64,000 nucleotides of DNA. Source: Mytilus trossulus. Its lineage: Eukaryota. The position numbers and the translations under genes are program-made. Where the stretch lies: positions 40,238,001 to 40,302,000 of the forward strand of contig NC_086379.1 in NCBI RefSeq assembly GCF_036588685.1, written 5' to 3'. This document shows, piece after piece, positions 21,241-34,500 of the stretch; within the stretch, counting starts at the first letter, position 1, and every line of letters begins with the position of its first letter. The notes beneath the pieces are model-generated. The model saw only the letters and a list, made by a program, of their open reading frames with translations, did no database searches and had not been told where the DNA came from.

Positions 21241-23608
21241 TAAGGGACACCATACATGTAGTACCCAGTACCCTACGTAAATTATTATGAAGTCTGACAA
21301 TCACTTCCTGAAGGTGCACGTACAAACAATCGTTATTGAAATAAGCAGGTATGATATTTTCCATCGACAATCGGATGTCTATTAAATCATTAACAAAATG
21401 GTAATGTTAGTACGTAGTAACGCTTGCAAATTGGCTGTTGTTGTTTTATTACTGCGTCTTGTGGCTATTGGTAAAAACTCTAGTTGGTAATTGATAGCTT
21501 GAAGCTTCAAATAAACTTAAATGTGTCTTGTTTTGTTTTGCCTATAAGTTTACAGTGTTTTAATTTTTACATTTTTTTCTTTTCTGTTTATATCATTAGT
21601 GTAAGGAATATTGTTTTAAGTACAGAAAACGATGATTTTATACAAGCATGTTGAGGACTTTATCTGCTTATACATGTTTTAGTTACTGCGATCACTTTGT
21701 GATACGACATTGTTTTTTTATTATTTAAGTTTGTTTGTACTTGTTTCGTCAATATCGTTATTTGTTGTTTATTGAAAGTGTTTTATTTAATGAATCGTCA
21801 AAAACATAAAATTCTGTTTACTGTTAATGTCAACATTTGTCATTTCGGGGTATTTTATGTCCGATTTTGTAATACCGGTATGGACTTTGCTCATTGTTTA
21901 AGGCCTTAAGATGGCCTTTGGTTGTTAATTTCTGTGTAATTTGGTCTCTTATGCAGAGTTGTCTTATTGGCAATAACACCACACCTTCTTTTTTATTTAT
22001 TATATGGTTTCAGTGCGACCAATAAAATCTTCAGTCTGAGGTTGATATTATCATGACAGTTTAGCTAAAGGGATTTTTAGACCTTACTAGTTTAAACACA
22101 AATACATGAAAATGAATAAGAAATTTAAGAACAAAATATATCATTACATGTAACACATGGCATCCTTAACCAAACCAATTTCTACAGTAACTGCAAAAAA
22201 TGGTACCAATTACCAACGGAATCGACAAAATGGAAGTAAAATAAATTATCAATATGATTTATGATGTCTTTGCATACAACAATTGTTTCTGTAGCTGCCT
22301 CCGTCAGGTATGCTCGTTTCTTAATTCAAAAAACATAAAACTATTGACAGTATTGTTTTTACAAAAAAGGATGTGAACAGATCAGCCAACCCGTCTAACG
22401 TCTTTTTTGGCCTCGGGATATTCGGAACATATTTTCAGATCAATATTCATCATATTTTTGTGATTTGGAAATTAACCAATAAATAGTATCATTTGAATAT
22501 TAAAACAAACAAAACTATATGGTAGTTTCAAGACAGTTATAATGGTTGATTCATTCCTTTTTTCATAATAAGGGAAGGTGGTTTAAGAATTTTGGCAAAT
22601 TGAATAAAAGTCCTCATTTCTTTTTAAATAAATACCCTTTTATGTAGAACTTTCAGAAGTGTTGTCCTTACGGTGTCATAAACTAAATTCATCTTGAAAG
22701 GCAATTTTACATATGGGTTTAAAACAAAATAGATATGCGTCATAAAAAGTAAAATTACTACAATACCGAATTCCCTTATCAAATGGCAAAATCAAACGAA
22801 TGGAATACAACTGTCACATGCCTGACTTGTGTTTCAACTTGGGGAGGGTTTGGCTCTTGCAAACATGTTTAAACTTGCAACAATCTGTATGTGCCTGTAA
22901 TTCAGAAGTTGTCGCTTGTTGCTGTACTAGTATATCATACATGTAGTTGATTTATAATTTTGTTGATTATTTTGTGCATAAAGAATGTTAGTTTCCGCTT
23001 TTGAATTGCTCCACAATTGTCATTGAGGTTAGTCGGAGGCTTTCAAGTATGGTTTTTGCTCATTGTCGAAGGCCTTACAGTGACTATTGAGTGGTAAATT
23101 CTATAGATACGCCATTTGGTATGTGATAGAGAGTTGTCTCAGAAGAAATCTTACCATTTCTTATTTGCATATGTATGGTGTGTTGAAAACGTATATGAGT
23201 GTTAACATTCATTATGTTCTCTCCAGAGTAAAGTTTGCAAATCATCAAATATATTCATTCAGAGAACAAAAACTAAGACGTTCTATACAGAACAGACAAC
23301 AATTTTCAGTGTGTTTCATTCTTAGATTGATCACATGAAGGTACAAAGGCTAACGTTTCATGCATATTCAAACCGAGATGGAGAGAGAACAGGTACTACA
23401 AAGTTGGTTGACAATGATAAATTTGACGATTACCACATAAAAAGGAAAGGAATATTTGGTTAGGCAGATATATGGCTTTGCAACATGTCTTTTGTGGCCT
23501 TTTTTAAATTGCAGCAACAGTCTTTTAACGTGCTGAAAGTGTTGTACTCTTCCTATACGATATATTGAATGTAACGTTCATTAGTTGACTGGATCTACGG
23601 TACCGACT

Positions 23609-24676
23609 TAGTGGCAGAAAAACCTGAAATACTGATGATATCTGACCGTTCAAAGTCTTGACAACATCTATGGTGTGTACTTTAAAGATTAATTGACATT
23701 TTTTTTTTAAATTTCGAATTCTAATAGAAAAAAGTGGACTTATCATACATGACATTGTGTACCTTCAACTTTTGAATATAAATATCATATTTGAATATCA
23801 CTTATGTGCCTCGTTGTCAAGGATATACAATGAAAAATGGATATTATGCAAATAATCCAAATATAAAAAAAAAATGTGTAGGTACATGTAAGTTATCTCA
23901 TTGTCAGAATAGGCAACACAAAAATGGATAATTTTTTTTTTAAATATAGTAAAATATCCTATAATAAGCCAAATCCGATGTGAAGCCAGTAAAACACAAA
24001 ATAGACAATTTGGAGACAATTATTTATTTGTTCCATAATTTACAATGGCTAATTGAAAAAAAATATCAATCAATATTTATTTCCAGAAATATGCAACAAC
24101 GTCATTGGTCATTATACATATGGTACGTTAGACGACTAGTGCTTAACAAAGGAAGCTATTCATTAACAGTACTATATACCGTATATCGACATATACCACC
24201 CAAACGACATTCAGTATACTACACGTATAATTTAAATCATTACCGTTGTATTGTACGGTACAATGATAGACTACCGAACTCGACTTTGTCCCATGTGAAA
24301 ATGATACCTTATACAGTAATATAGCGTACAATTTATACAATTTATGTATAGGATGTTTATTGGTACCCAAATAGTGACAGAAAAATCTGAAAAAATGATG
24401 ATATCTGACATTTCAAAGTCTTGAAACATCTATGGTGTGTACTTTAAAGATAAGTTGACATTTGTTGTTAATTTCTAATTCTAATAGAAAAAAAGTGGAC
24501 TTAACATACATGTGTACCTTCAACTTTTGAATATAAATATTATATTTGAATATCACTTAATATGTGCCTCGTTGTTAAGGATATAACGATGAACAATGGG
24601 TTTTATGCAAACAATCCAAATTTGAAACATAAAAAAAAAATGTGTAGCTAAGTTATCTCATTGTAAGATTAGGCAT
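23609..24676 (+). repeat. Direct duplication of about 305 bp (23609-23915 and 24372-24676) just 3' of the GPCR stop
   Basis: Shared blocks such as CATCTATGGTGTGTACTTTAAAGAT, GTGTACCTTCAACTTTTGAATATAAATAT and AAGTTATCTCATTGT. Confidence 0.85.
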
Positions 24677-24773
24677 AAAAAGATAAAAACTCAAATATAT
24701 TCTTGATAGCAAATAAGGTTCTATTTCAATTAAGGTTTATATCAAAGAAGTTACAAGATGGTCTCATTACCAC

Positions 24774-25530
24774 CTAATCGTATATATTAGTTTGTTTCTT
24801 TGAGCCTGACTTCCGGTGTTTGTGCGGTCTTAGTACCACCTGACCATTTGTATAGTCAACAGAAAAGTAACGTGTGCTGGAAAATCTCTTCGTTTGTTTG
24901 TTTATTTCAAGTGCTGCATTGTCATCATAAAATCTATATCTACAACATTTCACCATCATTTTAATCCGAATCCGAATTTTTCTGCTGAATAAGCAATATA
25001 TAATTGGATTTATTCCACTATTAGAAAGTCCAAGCCATTGAGCAATTGGTACAATGTAATTGTTAAGTAAACGGACGAAGTCGAGGTTATCATATTCATC
25101 CATTTGGAAATATATTAAGAATTTAATGATATAAAGCGGTAGCCAGGAAAACAGAAACAGTACAACAACAACAGTTAACATCTTCACTGCCTTGACCTTC
25201 GACTTGTGAATTACTCCATTGGACTTGTAAACGCCAGGGGCGTTCCTGTTCCAAACACGAAATCCGATCAATGAATAGCAAATGATTATCAGAACTAATG
25301 GCACAGCATAACAGCAAATACAAATTCCAACAAAATATATTTTTTCTAGAAACTTATTTTCCCAATTTTCACCACATACATACAGTAAGCTACCACTTTG
25401 TACATATCGTTGATAAAACAAAGCCATTGGTATCGAGATGATTAGGGAAAATATCCATATAGCAAACATGATACATTTGGATGTTTTCCACTTCATTTTA
25501 TAGTTGAATGTATAGCAAATGGCTAGGTAC
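24774..25530 (-). CDS. SIFaR: Neuropeptide GPCR (SIFamide/NPFF receptor-like), exon 3: TM4-TM7 and C-tail
   Basis: Acceptor tttcag|G TAC CTA GCC completes DRY. Contains CCYAVPLVLIIICY, KVKAVKML, FSWLPLY and PIAQWLGLSNSGINPIIY. The AQWLG TM7 motif is typical of the SIFaR/NPFFR clade. The symbol is a family-level call. Confidence 0.92.
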
Positions 25531-27961
25531 CTGAAATGAAAAAAAATAAAAATAGATATATTAAAATTTAACCAGTTGAAAAACGAATCACCATATTTGT
25601 ACCTCGATCTATTTTATATTTCAAATATACATATACGTTTCGTTTTGATATGAAAATGGAGTATGTCAATTATGTTGATCCCTAAAACCCTCATTTTATC
25701 ATTTGTATTTCTATGCGAAACATACTGTTAGCATCGAAGTACCAAATTATGTGTGTGTACTCCGTGTTTGTATATTTGGCGGTCCCACCATGTCAGTCAT
25801 CTTATCGTGTAACGGTAATTGATTCAGCGCCTTTTGAGCTATTACGTTGCTTTTTCGATGTGAGCCAAGACTCCGTGTTGAAGACTATACATTGACCTAC
25901 AATGTGTGTGTGTGTGTTTGTGTGTGTGTGGTTTTTTTTTTTTTTTTTTATAAATTGTGACTTGTATGGATAGTTGTCTCATTGGCACTCATACCACATC
26001 TTCTACTATCTAATTCTTACTGATCTTTTTAATTCTTAATTTTTGTTTAAATGTTTTAAACAGCCTTTCTTGTCGCGTGATCTAAAAGTTTGAACTTGAC
26101 TGTGTCCAATTCGGGAATAAGAGCGAACTAGGAAGACCCAATGATATCTAAGTAAATGTTAAATATGATACTGAATTCAATATGCATGTTATAGTTGTCG
26201 CCGTTTGTGTAGCAATCATACATTTATTTTTTCTGTGTTTTGCTATTATGAAATGTTGTCAACCGTCTTTCATTTCAAAACCAAATACTGGTTTTTTAGC
26301 TCTTTAGATGGGTTGTTGTCTCTTTGACGCATTCCCTATTTCTAATATCAAAATGAATGTTATATACATGTTCTTTTGTTTACTTGTCGCTGATAGATAG
26401 TTGTTATTTAGTTACAAATCATTTGAGAAGAGACAGTTTAGTATAGTTATACATATAAATATATAAATTAATCAATCCCCTCATAATAATAACAGTTTAA
26501 TATAATGGGGGAGTTATAATGATTGCAAAACAACTGTTCTTAAGAAGTTAATAATACCGTCATATTGTAATTATATTATTGTCGTTTTATGTAGTTCTAT
26601 CTTTCACTTAGTATTGATGGCATATGCCTTAACTTTTGAGTTATACATTTGATGATATAATTTATTTCTATGTCAAATATCAACATGCTCTAAATGTTCT
26701 ATTTGATCCATTAAATGAAGCTCGCTATGTGTTTTACATGATTTCATATATCATTAACACTTCTATTTCGATTTGATTAATTTCAGATAATTATAATTAT
26801 GATATGCAATTTGGCTGCATGCTACTGTATTCATCACTGTGAACGTCAGCAAGACTGGACAGAGTGACCCTAATGGAGGACATAAAACCAAATAGCAATA
26901 AAAGAAATCATATTGTTTATTTAGGGACACATGTTTAAATCCGCCTCATTCTATATGTAAAATTGAGAATGGAAATGGGGAATGTGTCAAAGAGACAACA
27001 ACCCGACCAAACAAAAAAACAACAGCAGAAGATCACCAACAGGTCTTCAATGTAGCGAGAAATTCCCGCACCCGGGGGCGTCCTACAGGCGTGTCTGTAC
27101 CAAGCCATGATACTGTAATTGAGTGGTGGTTGTGTGTTGCTGTTGATTATATTTGTTCATTGTTATATGTTTATTGATATTGTATTCTTCTGTTGCACAA
27201 CTGCCCAATGATAAGATGGGGGTTGCTCTCACTTACATGTTTAACCCCTCAACATTGAATTATGTATCTGCCTTTGCCAAATCGGCAGTCTGTTATTCAG
27301 TGGTTGCCGTTGTTACTTTGTTACATTTTTGTTTTTAGTTCACCTGTTTCAATTGAACATATTAAATTAAGTCTTTTGTTTGATCTCGTTTGAATTGTTT
27401 TAAATTTGTCATTTTTGGTCCTTTTTTTTTTATAGCTGACTATGCGGTATGGGCTTTACTCATTGTTGAAGGTCGTAAGATGATTAAAAGTTGATAAATT
27501 CGTTGTAATTTCATAATCATACCACACTCATTTTTCATTTTGCACTATAAATTCTCCGACACAATTTACATGATTGAATGATTAATTGTGGGTGTTAAAC
27601 ACAACTTTGAGCACTATTGCTTTTTTCTCAGTGGTCATGTGTTATTGGTAGAGGAAGCCATAATGATAAAAGAAAACCATCGACATTTAGGCTAGTGATG
27701 CAGCAGGTAAAACAAAAGACATGTGGCATTTACTTGGTAAATGTAAATTTAATAGTTAAATTAAGCGTTAAAGTAGTATGTTAAAGTAGACAAACTTTCA
27801 GGCTTAATGTATTTTGTTGGATTTATGAACGATTTACTATAATTGGTTTTTGGTTTGAATTACCAATGGCATAACAAAACGATAGTATACTAGGTTCTGT
27901 CGAAGTACAATGCTCATTAGGTATATTGTTTTGTATAACCAATCGATATAGAATATTTTAC

Positions 27962-28061
27962 CTGTCTACAGCTATTGCTGCCAGAGTGTTCACAGATGCA
28001 CAGACAGAAACAGCTTGAAGGTACGGAGTAACCTTACACATGACAGCTCCATATCTCCATT
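27962..28061 (-). CDS. SIFaR: Neuropeptide GPCR exon 2: ECL1-TM3 (EWRYGAVMCKVTPYLQAVSVCASVNTLAAIAVDR)
   Basis: 100-nt exon missed by the ORF track, with tttttatag| acceptor and AG|gtaaaa donor. Its phases (1 in, 2 out) fit exons 1 and 3 exactly, giving a total CDS of 1209 nt = 402 aa. Confidence 0.92.
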
Positions 28062-30709
28062 CTATAAAAAAAGAAATGCATAGTGTCAATAATCACGTGA
28101 CTCAATAAAAGTAAAGACACATGTCAATGTTTTATATGGTTTGGTAGAGAATAAAAACAGAATCGGATACACAGGAAGACACAGCTTGAAGAACTATTCT
28201 TTATTCGCTGTCATACAAGATTTTGAATAAGTTTATTCAGTTAAAGAACAATTATAGTGTTAGTTATTTTTGATAGTTGAAGGTAGGGTTGTGATTAAAG
28301 GAAAGACATTAGAAAATTACACTGATAACGTGAGGTGAAGAGAGAGTTTTAAAAATGGTATTACAAAAAAAATATTCAGGGTTTCACTTATGCATCGTTT
28401 GTTCTCTGCCGTGTTAATATTTGGGTGCACATTGATAACTGCAATTGAAACACAGTTAAAAAGCAAAGAACATCCACAAAACAACCAGATATATGCACCC
28501 TTTCTACATATTTAGTAAGAAAACAAAACATTAGAATTACAAAATGTATTCTTTAGTTTCTGTTTTTTTTAGTTTCAATCACTTATTCCGGAAAACGGAA
28601 ATTGGTAGGATGCGTTTATATTATACGTGTACATGTTCGTTACAGCGTTTGAAACGGAAGTAGCTATTCCAACTCCATTAACATTAGGAACTGTTGTGAA
28701 AATCTTCCACGATTCATACATGTACATACAAAATGATGGACGCAATTAGATGTAATTGCTCTTTATAAATGGCAACAACAATTGACAAAATGCTAAAATA
28801 TGAATGTTTATGTCCATTTTAAATGCATTTAAATTGCAGGTAATGCATCATTACAGATTGTACAATTAGAATTGCGCAGGTACCTCAAATAAAATGACTC
28901 ACGTTTTGCATATTTTAAATTCTAATGTTAGCAGTTAATTGCAGGCCGTTCCTACTGTTAGAAATTATGTGCTTTAGAATTAAATTTTGTTACATGCTAC
29001 CAATGACAAACCTATCATGCAGGGACACATAAACAATGATTTAATGTTCTAAGATAATTGCAGGAACAAGAATTTCATTAATTAACACTCGTAAATTACG
29101 TTAAAGTGTGCCCTAGTATGGCATAGTAGAGGTAAAGTGTACTTCTAGTTAGGAGCATTTCTCTTCTCAATAAAGTTAATTCAAAATCACATTTTTTTTA
29201 AAAATAAACGTATAAGGCAATACGTCTAAATTCGCATAATCCGTATAAGGAGAAATCAACATTTGAAAAAATCAAGATAACTTTTATGTTTTAACAACAG
29301 AATATTTACAAAGTACAAAAGAAAACAATTTATTAAACCACCATATCTATTTTTAATTTGATCTGATATCATATCTCAAACTAGTAAATATCAACTTGTA
29401 ACATTCCCATTGGAAGTTACATTAGTGGCCAGCGCAAGTTAATCAAGTACGTAACAGCTGTTTGTGACATCTTTGTTTGTTGATATGTTAAACGTCATTA
29501 TTTTCCCAGTAAATATTAAGCTTTGACTGAGAATCTGGACATAAGGTTATTCGAAAACATCTACATGAATGTATCGAAGTGTTAAATATTCTTAATAACT
29601 GTATTTGACAGAACACTTGGCAAAAACGTTTTATTCAAAGAAAACGATACGTTTCAAACTACATGCGACTTTTTCGTTACAATCCATTTTGCATTGCCAC
29701 ATGCATAGGATTTCAAATTTTCTGATACGAGTTACACAGTTAAGAGTGAGGATCACCTGCATCCCCGGCAGTACCCTTTTTGATACTGATGATAGGCGAT
29801 TACATATCATGGTGTTTACTTCGCTCGCAATTGGTAATTACATAACGTTGAATGAGGATGCAATGGTTCCTAAGACAAATTGAACATAGTTATCCATAGT
29901 CTTCTCTGTCATAGATAATTCATTAAGGTCAGTTAAGTCATGGTGGCATCTAAAAATCGTACAAAAAAAAATACTTCCAATTTTACAATTAAGAACCCTT
30001 TGTTCAACATCTACCTCGTAACAAGTGACGTTTGATGCTCATTACGGCGGACAGACATGAGTTGCACTAGTCCACTGGGTATAAGAACAATTAATCACTC
30101 TATCATAAAAAAAATTGTGACACTGAAGAAAAAGAATTGCCTTTCGATTTTACCTGAAACTAATTAATTATGACAACAACAGTGCATTTGAAGTTTTATT
30201 TCGTGTGCAAAATGACTGTTTACCAGTTTTGTATTTTTCTATCATATTAAATGAATGAAACGGGTTATTGCAATATACAAATGTATATCGGTGTCACTGA
30301 TAAATACAGTACTTGCATTTTTCTGTCTCGGATAGAATTACAGACATGAGCTTTACTAAACCTTTTAGTATTTGTTCACTACGAATTTAAAATACTCATT
30401 GACCATATTTAGCTTGACACCTTTTTTTTTACTCGAGCGTCACTGACTAGTCTCTTAGTAGTCTTACGAACAAAATTCTAAGCCTACTTGGTATATATCT
30501 TGATAAGTATTTGAAAAACTATTTGACGATTTGGTATGGACCGAAATGAAATCGTGTGGGAGCCATTTTATTCAAGTTGTAAAGTGTGCGATAAAACGAT
30601 TTATAAGTATCACGACCCCTGCCATACAATTTATATTAGTTGCTTTGTTTAATATCAATTTTATATATTTTGATAGCTGATATAAAACGGTTATAAACCC
30701 TCCAATATA

Positions 30710-31563
30710 TACTGACCGACTATAGAAACGCAACACTAGATTATTTTTGTGTTATTTTTGAATAAATGTGTCCCCGGCAAAAGCGATGACTGCATGTTAC
30801 AAACGCAAAAATAATTGTCAGAAAGGTCAACAAATTCTGTCTGACATGTTTTAGGTCCTGTTTTACATCTTCTGGGTTTGCATTTGTTCAACCCATACAT
30901 TGGTTTTGGCAATTATGCGGTTTGAACCTGAGGGCTTTTAAGGTTTTCTTTCGCTCGATTCTTTGGCAAATCAGTTGATGGGAAACATTTATGGCATGAA
31001 TCTGTACTCAATGGAACTCGGCAATTTGATTACAGTTGACATTACGGCCGTAAAAATGACGTTGCGTAATCAAATTATGTTGATGTTTTATTGTCTCTAA
31101 ACGTTTATCTGTTCATTGATGGCCAGCAACAAATCTTGTCTACTTGTATCGTTGTCGGAAGGACAGTAAGACGAGTTTCTGAAGTCGTACAGTATGATTT
31201 CAGCACGTTTATGTTTTAATGTTTGCAGTATTCTTAAGGGGTAGTTCAGTTTTTTGTTTCTCAGTCTTGGCAAAATGGAGATGCAACATTTTTAGACTGG
31301 TTTAAATGAGGCAAAGGATTGAAAGAACTGTTGCACAAAGCAAAACAACTAAAACAATCTTTCATGGGTCCAAAATTTCGCTTTAAGAAATTCGTGCGAC
31401 TTCAAAAATTCGGCATGTTCAATAACTACAGGTAAGTCAGATTTTGATTTTTTGTACGGAGAAAGAAGAATGATAAGCATGCAAAGTAGTTGTAAAAAAT
31501 CAAACAAGATTTGGTTAAAAAAAATCAACAAAATGAGTGTTGCGTTTCTAAAGCCGTTCAGTA
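30710..31563 (+). mobile_element. Decayed Tc1/mariner-like element (854 bp)
   Basis: 28-bp TIRs TACTGA(C/A)CG(A/G)CT(A/T)TAGAAACGCAACACT flanked by TA on each side. Faint transposase-like residues inside (LWHESVLNGT, VGRTVRR). Confidence 0.65.
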
Positions 31564-34500
31564 TAGTTGGTGCGATTACTTAGTCATCATCGTCAATTTC
31601 ATCAAAAGAAACAGACATTGATCTTTTCTGAGGATCTTTTACAAGGTGCGTTTATCATTTATTATAATTATCTTTAAGTTAATGATTTAATTAGAGCCTG
31701 ATGGTTTTACACTAGGTGTTTTGTTTCCTTTAATCAGTCGGGTGAAGACATACGCTGTATTCGTAAGATAGGTCAGAACGGATATTGCTTTGCCGTGAGT
31801 TTGAAAAATTAGATTACTGCAAATATCAAATTTAATTGCACATGTATATCAATTTATGTGATAGTAAAATATTTATCGACATTATTGCGCAATAATTCTA
31901 AATGTAGTCCGTTATCAAAATACATCGTTTGAACAAATGTCTGATTAGTTTTCCTTAGTCTGAAGGTGCTCCTAAAAATATGATGGGTAAATCTATTCTT
32001 TAAACAGATTAATGTAAATCGAACCGATTTTAAGCGTTCTACAAACTTCTCTAGATTAATATTTACCGAAACGCTCAATAGCATCAGTATACAGAGCTTT
32101 GTAAGAATAAATGCATGTATGGTTTGCACATAAAAGAGATAACCAAGAGAACATGGTCAACCTGATTGTAGTTATTTTGTCAGATATTTAATGTAGTCAT
32201 TAAAGCCATGGCTTTGTCAGTTTATTTCTAATCTATAAATTTGACTGTCCCTCTGGTATCTTTCGTCCCTCTTTTTTGACTCTTTGTTAATCTTGAAAAT
32301 ACGACAAATATTGCAAAACCCCATAGTAGTGCAAACAAAAGACCGTTTGTTCATGTTTAATATTCAAAATTATGACAACTGATTTAGCAGCTATACCTTT
32401 AGTTACATACATATGTAAATAAGTCATCATAGATGCCAGGATTGAAATTGTATATTTGTGCCAGACTTGCGTTTCGTCTACAAAAGACTCATCAATGACG
32501 CTCTAATATTTAAATGGGTTAGATGTGTATGTAGTTATGACGATTTTAATTCATTTTCTGCACGTTTTTATTTGATAGCTTAAAAAACTGAATAAAATTG
32601 ATGTCTTGTTTGTAAGGTAGTTTTAGTTGTGACAAGAGCAAATGTTAGAGTATAGTACAGGAAGAAGACCGATTAGTTTTTGTTTTGAAGCGTAAGAAAT
32701 GAGGGAAAATTATAATATTAATAGATGAAAGTTAAAATACAAAGTATAATATCATCAATTATGCAATCACGCCGACTTCTGGTAAAACTACCAGCTACAA
32801 TTTATAAATACATTTACTAAACTACATGTACCGTAACGATATGTTGTAATCAATGTGATACGAGATCAAAATGAAATATATTTTGATCCCTCTTTTGAAT
32901 GTTAAAAGTTCTGTTACAGTAATTACTTAGCTGAGTCAATTTCATAAAAATCTATTCATATGTCATATGTCTTTCTTCTGTTTCAACAAGAAGATTTGAA
33001 ACCTCACATGCGTGTTTACAATGATTATATAATTAATGTCTTTGTTCCGAAGGCACGTGTTGAAGATGAAATGAGAAATTTTCTTTGATAAAAAAATATA
33101 TTCTAAAAGAATACATAATTCTTTGTAAACATATAAATACCTTGTCATTTTAATCAAAACAAATTTTACAGCCATGTTGGAGTTTTGTTATAAGCACATA
33201 TTTTCTAATCTTTTCTTATCAGGACAGTTCCGCTCCGCATATATCATTTGAACTTTTGATAGCAAACATTTAATTCACGAATATGATGGGTGGTTGAACT
33301 TTCAAAAATACATATTATGGTCTTAAAATAATGCATACACTGTAGGATTTCTTTTCAAAATTTTATTTTATGTATTTCAAAATGAATTATGTACAGCATA
33401 GATTTGGTGATTTGACCTTAAATTTCACGAACGATTGTCATACGGCATAAGTATTTTCTTTAATTATTACATCTCGTCTGTCTTTGAATCTCAACTTATA
33501 ACAAAGATACGAGCCGAAAGATATCAAGGGAACATTTAAACTGTCGAAAACAAACTGACAATGACTGAAAAATAGAAAAAAAGACTAATTCAGAAGGTCA
33601 TATTTGGAGAAAAGAGGACGGAAACTATTTTTATAAAAGAATGTTAAAAGAATAAATTTCGTGTAAACTCCATTTATTGAGAATTGGTAAAAATAATTCA
33701 ACATTTCCTGCTCAATGAAAAGAATTGCAAAACAAATGGAATACAGTTTCTTTTTTCTGCACTGTTCTGAAACCTTTAATGTTAGCGATTACAAAATGTG
33801 TCTAAATATTTTAACGACACCCATGTTTCCAAGCTTTGACAACGTAACGAGTACCTAGTAATAAAAGTATCCAAGTCAAGTGCTCTCGATATGTTGAATT
33901 CATATTTGCTTACGAAGTTGATTAATTCGTGAATGATATATAACAACTAGGGATTATACATAAAATACTCTTTTCAAAGAAGTTAACTGCTTTATGTTTG
34001 ATTTATAATAGCGAAGTACATTTGAGTACATTAAATACGGTTAGGGGAAAATGGTATTTTCCAACGCAATGTTATCGTCATCAAAAGGATATTTGAAAAA
34101 GAAATAAAACCTGATTGATCTTTACAGCAAGTAATTAACAGAACATATCAAATTTGATACAATATTATTATATTTAAACAGTGTTTCTGATAAATATCAG
34201 TTCAGATATAAAACTTTAAAATGAAATGTAAAATCCCGAAAGTCCTCTATGTTTTCATGATTTTATTGGATTTTACTCGAAGTTGCTGTTAATACATACC
34301 GAATAGCATTTAATAAACTCCAGTATTAAAGGCAATACAAATAATTTTTGAAATTAATCAAATAATAGTCAATTTGAAGGCAAAACCTTGATTGTCCGCG
34401 GAGACATACAATTCTTTTATAGAATACCTCCGGCGGTGGCATGAGTTCCCAGCTAGTGCTTATCCTTGTAAACTAAAGTCTTTTTAGTTAAATTGTGCAA

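Noticed and set aside
19559-21370. Cluster of 60-119-aa ORFs on both strands
   Set aside because: A by-product of higher GC in the Harbinger repeats. The only recognisable protein signal is the broken transposase at 20624-20925.
31265-31431. Plus-strand exon-like segment with good acceptor and AG|gtaagt donor
   Set aside because: The best frame contains a stop, it lies within the Tc1-like element, and no partner exons were found.
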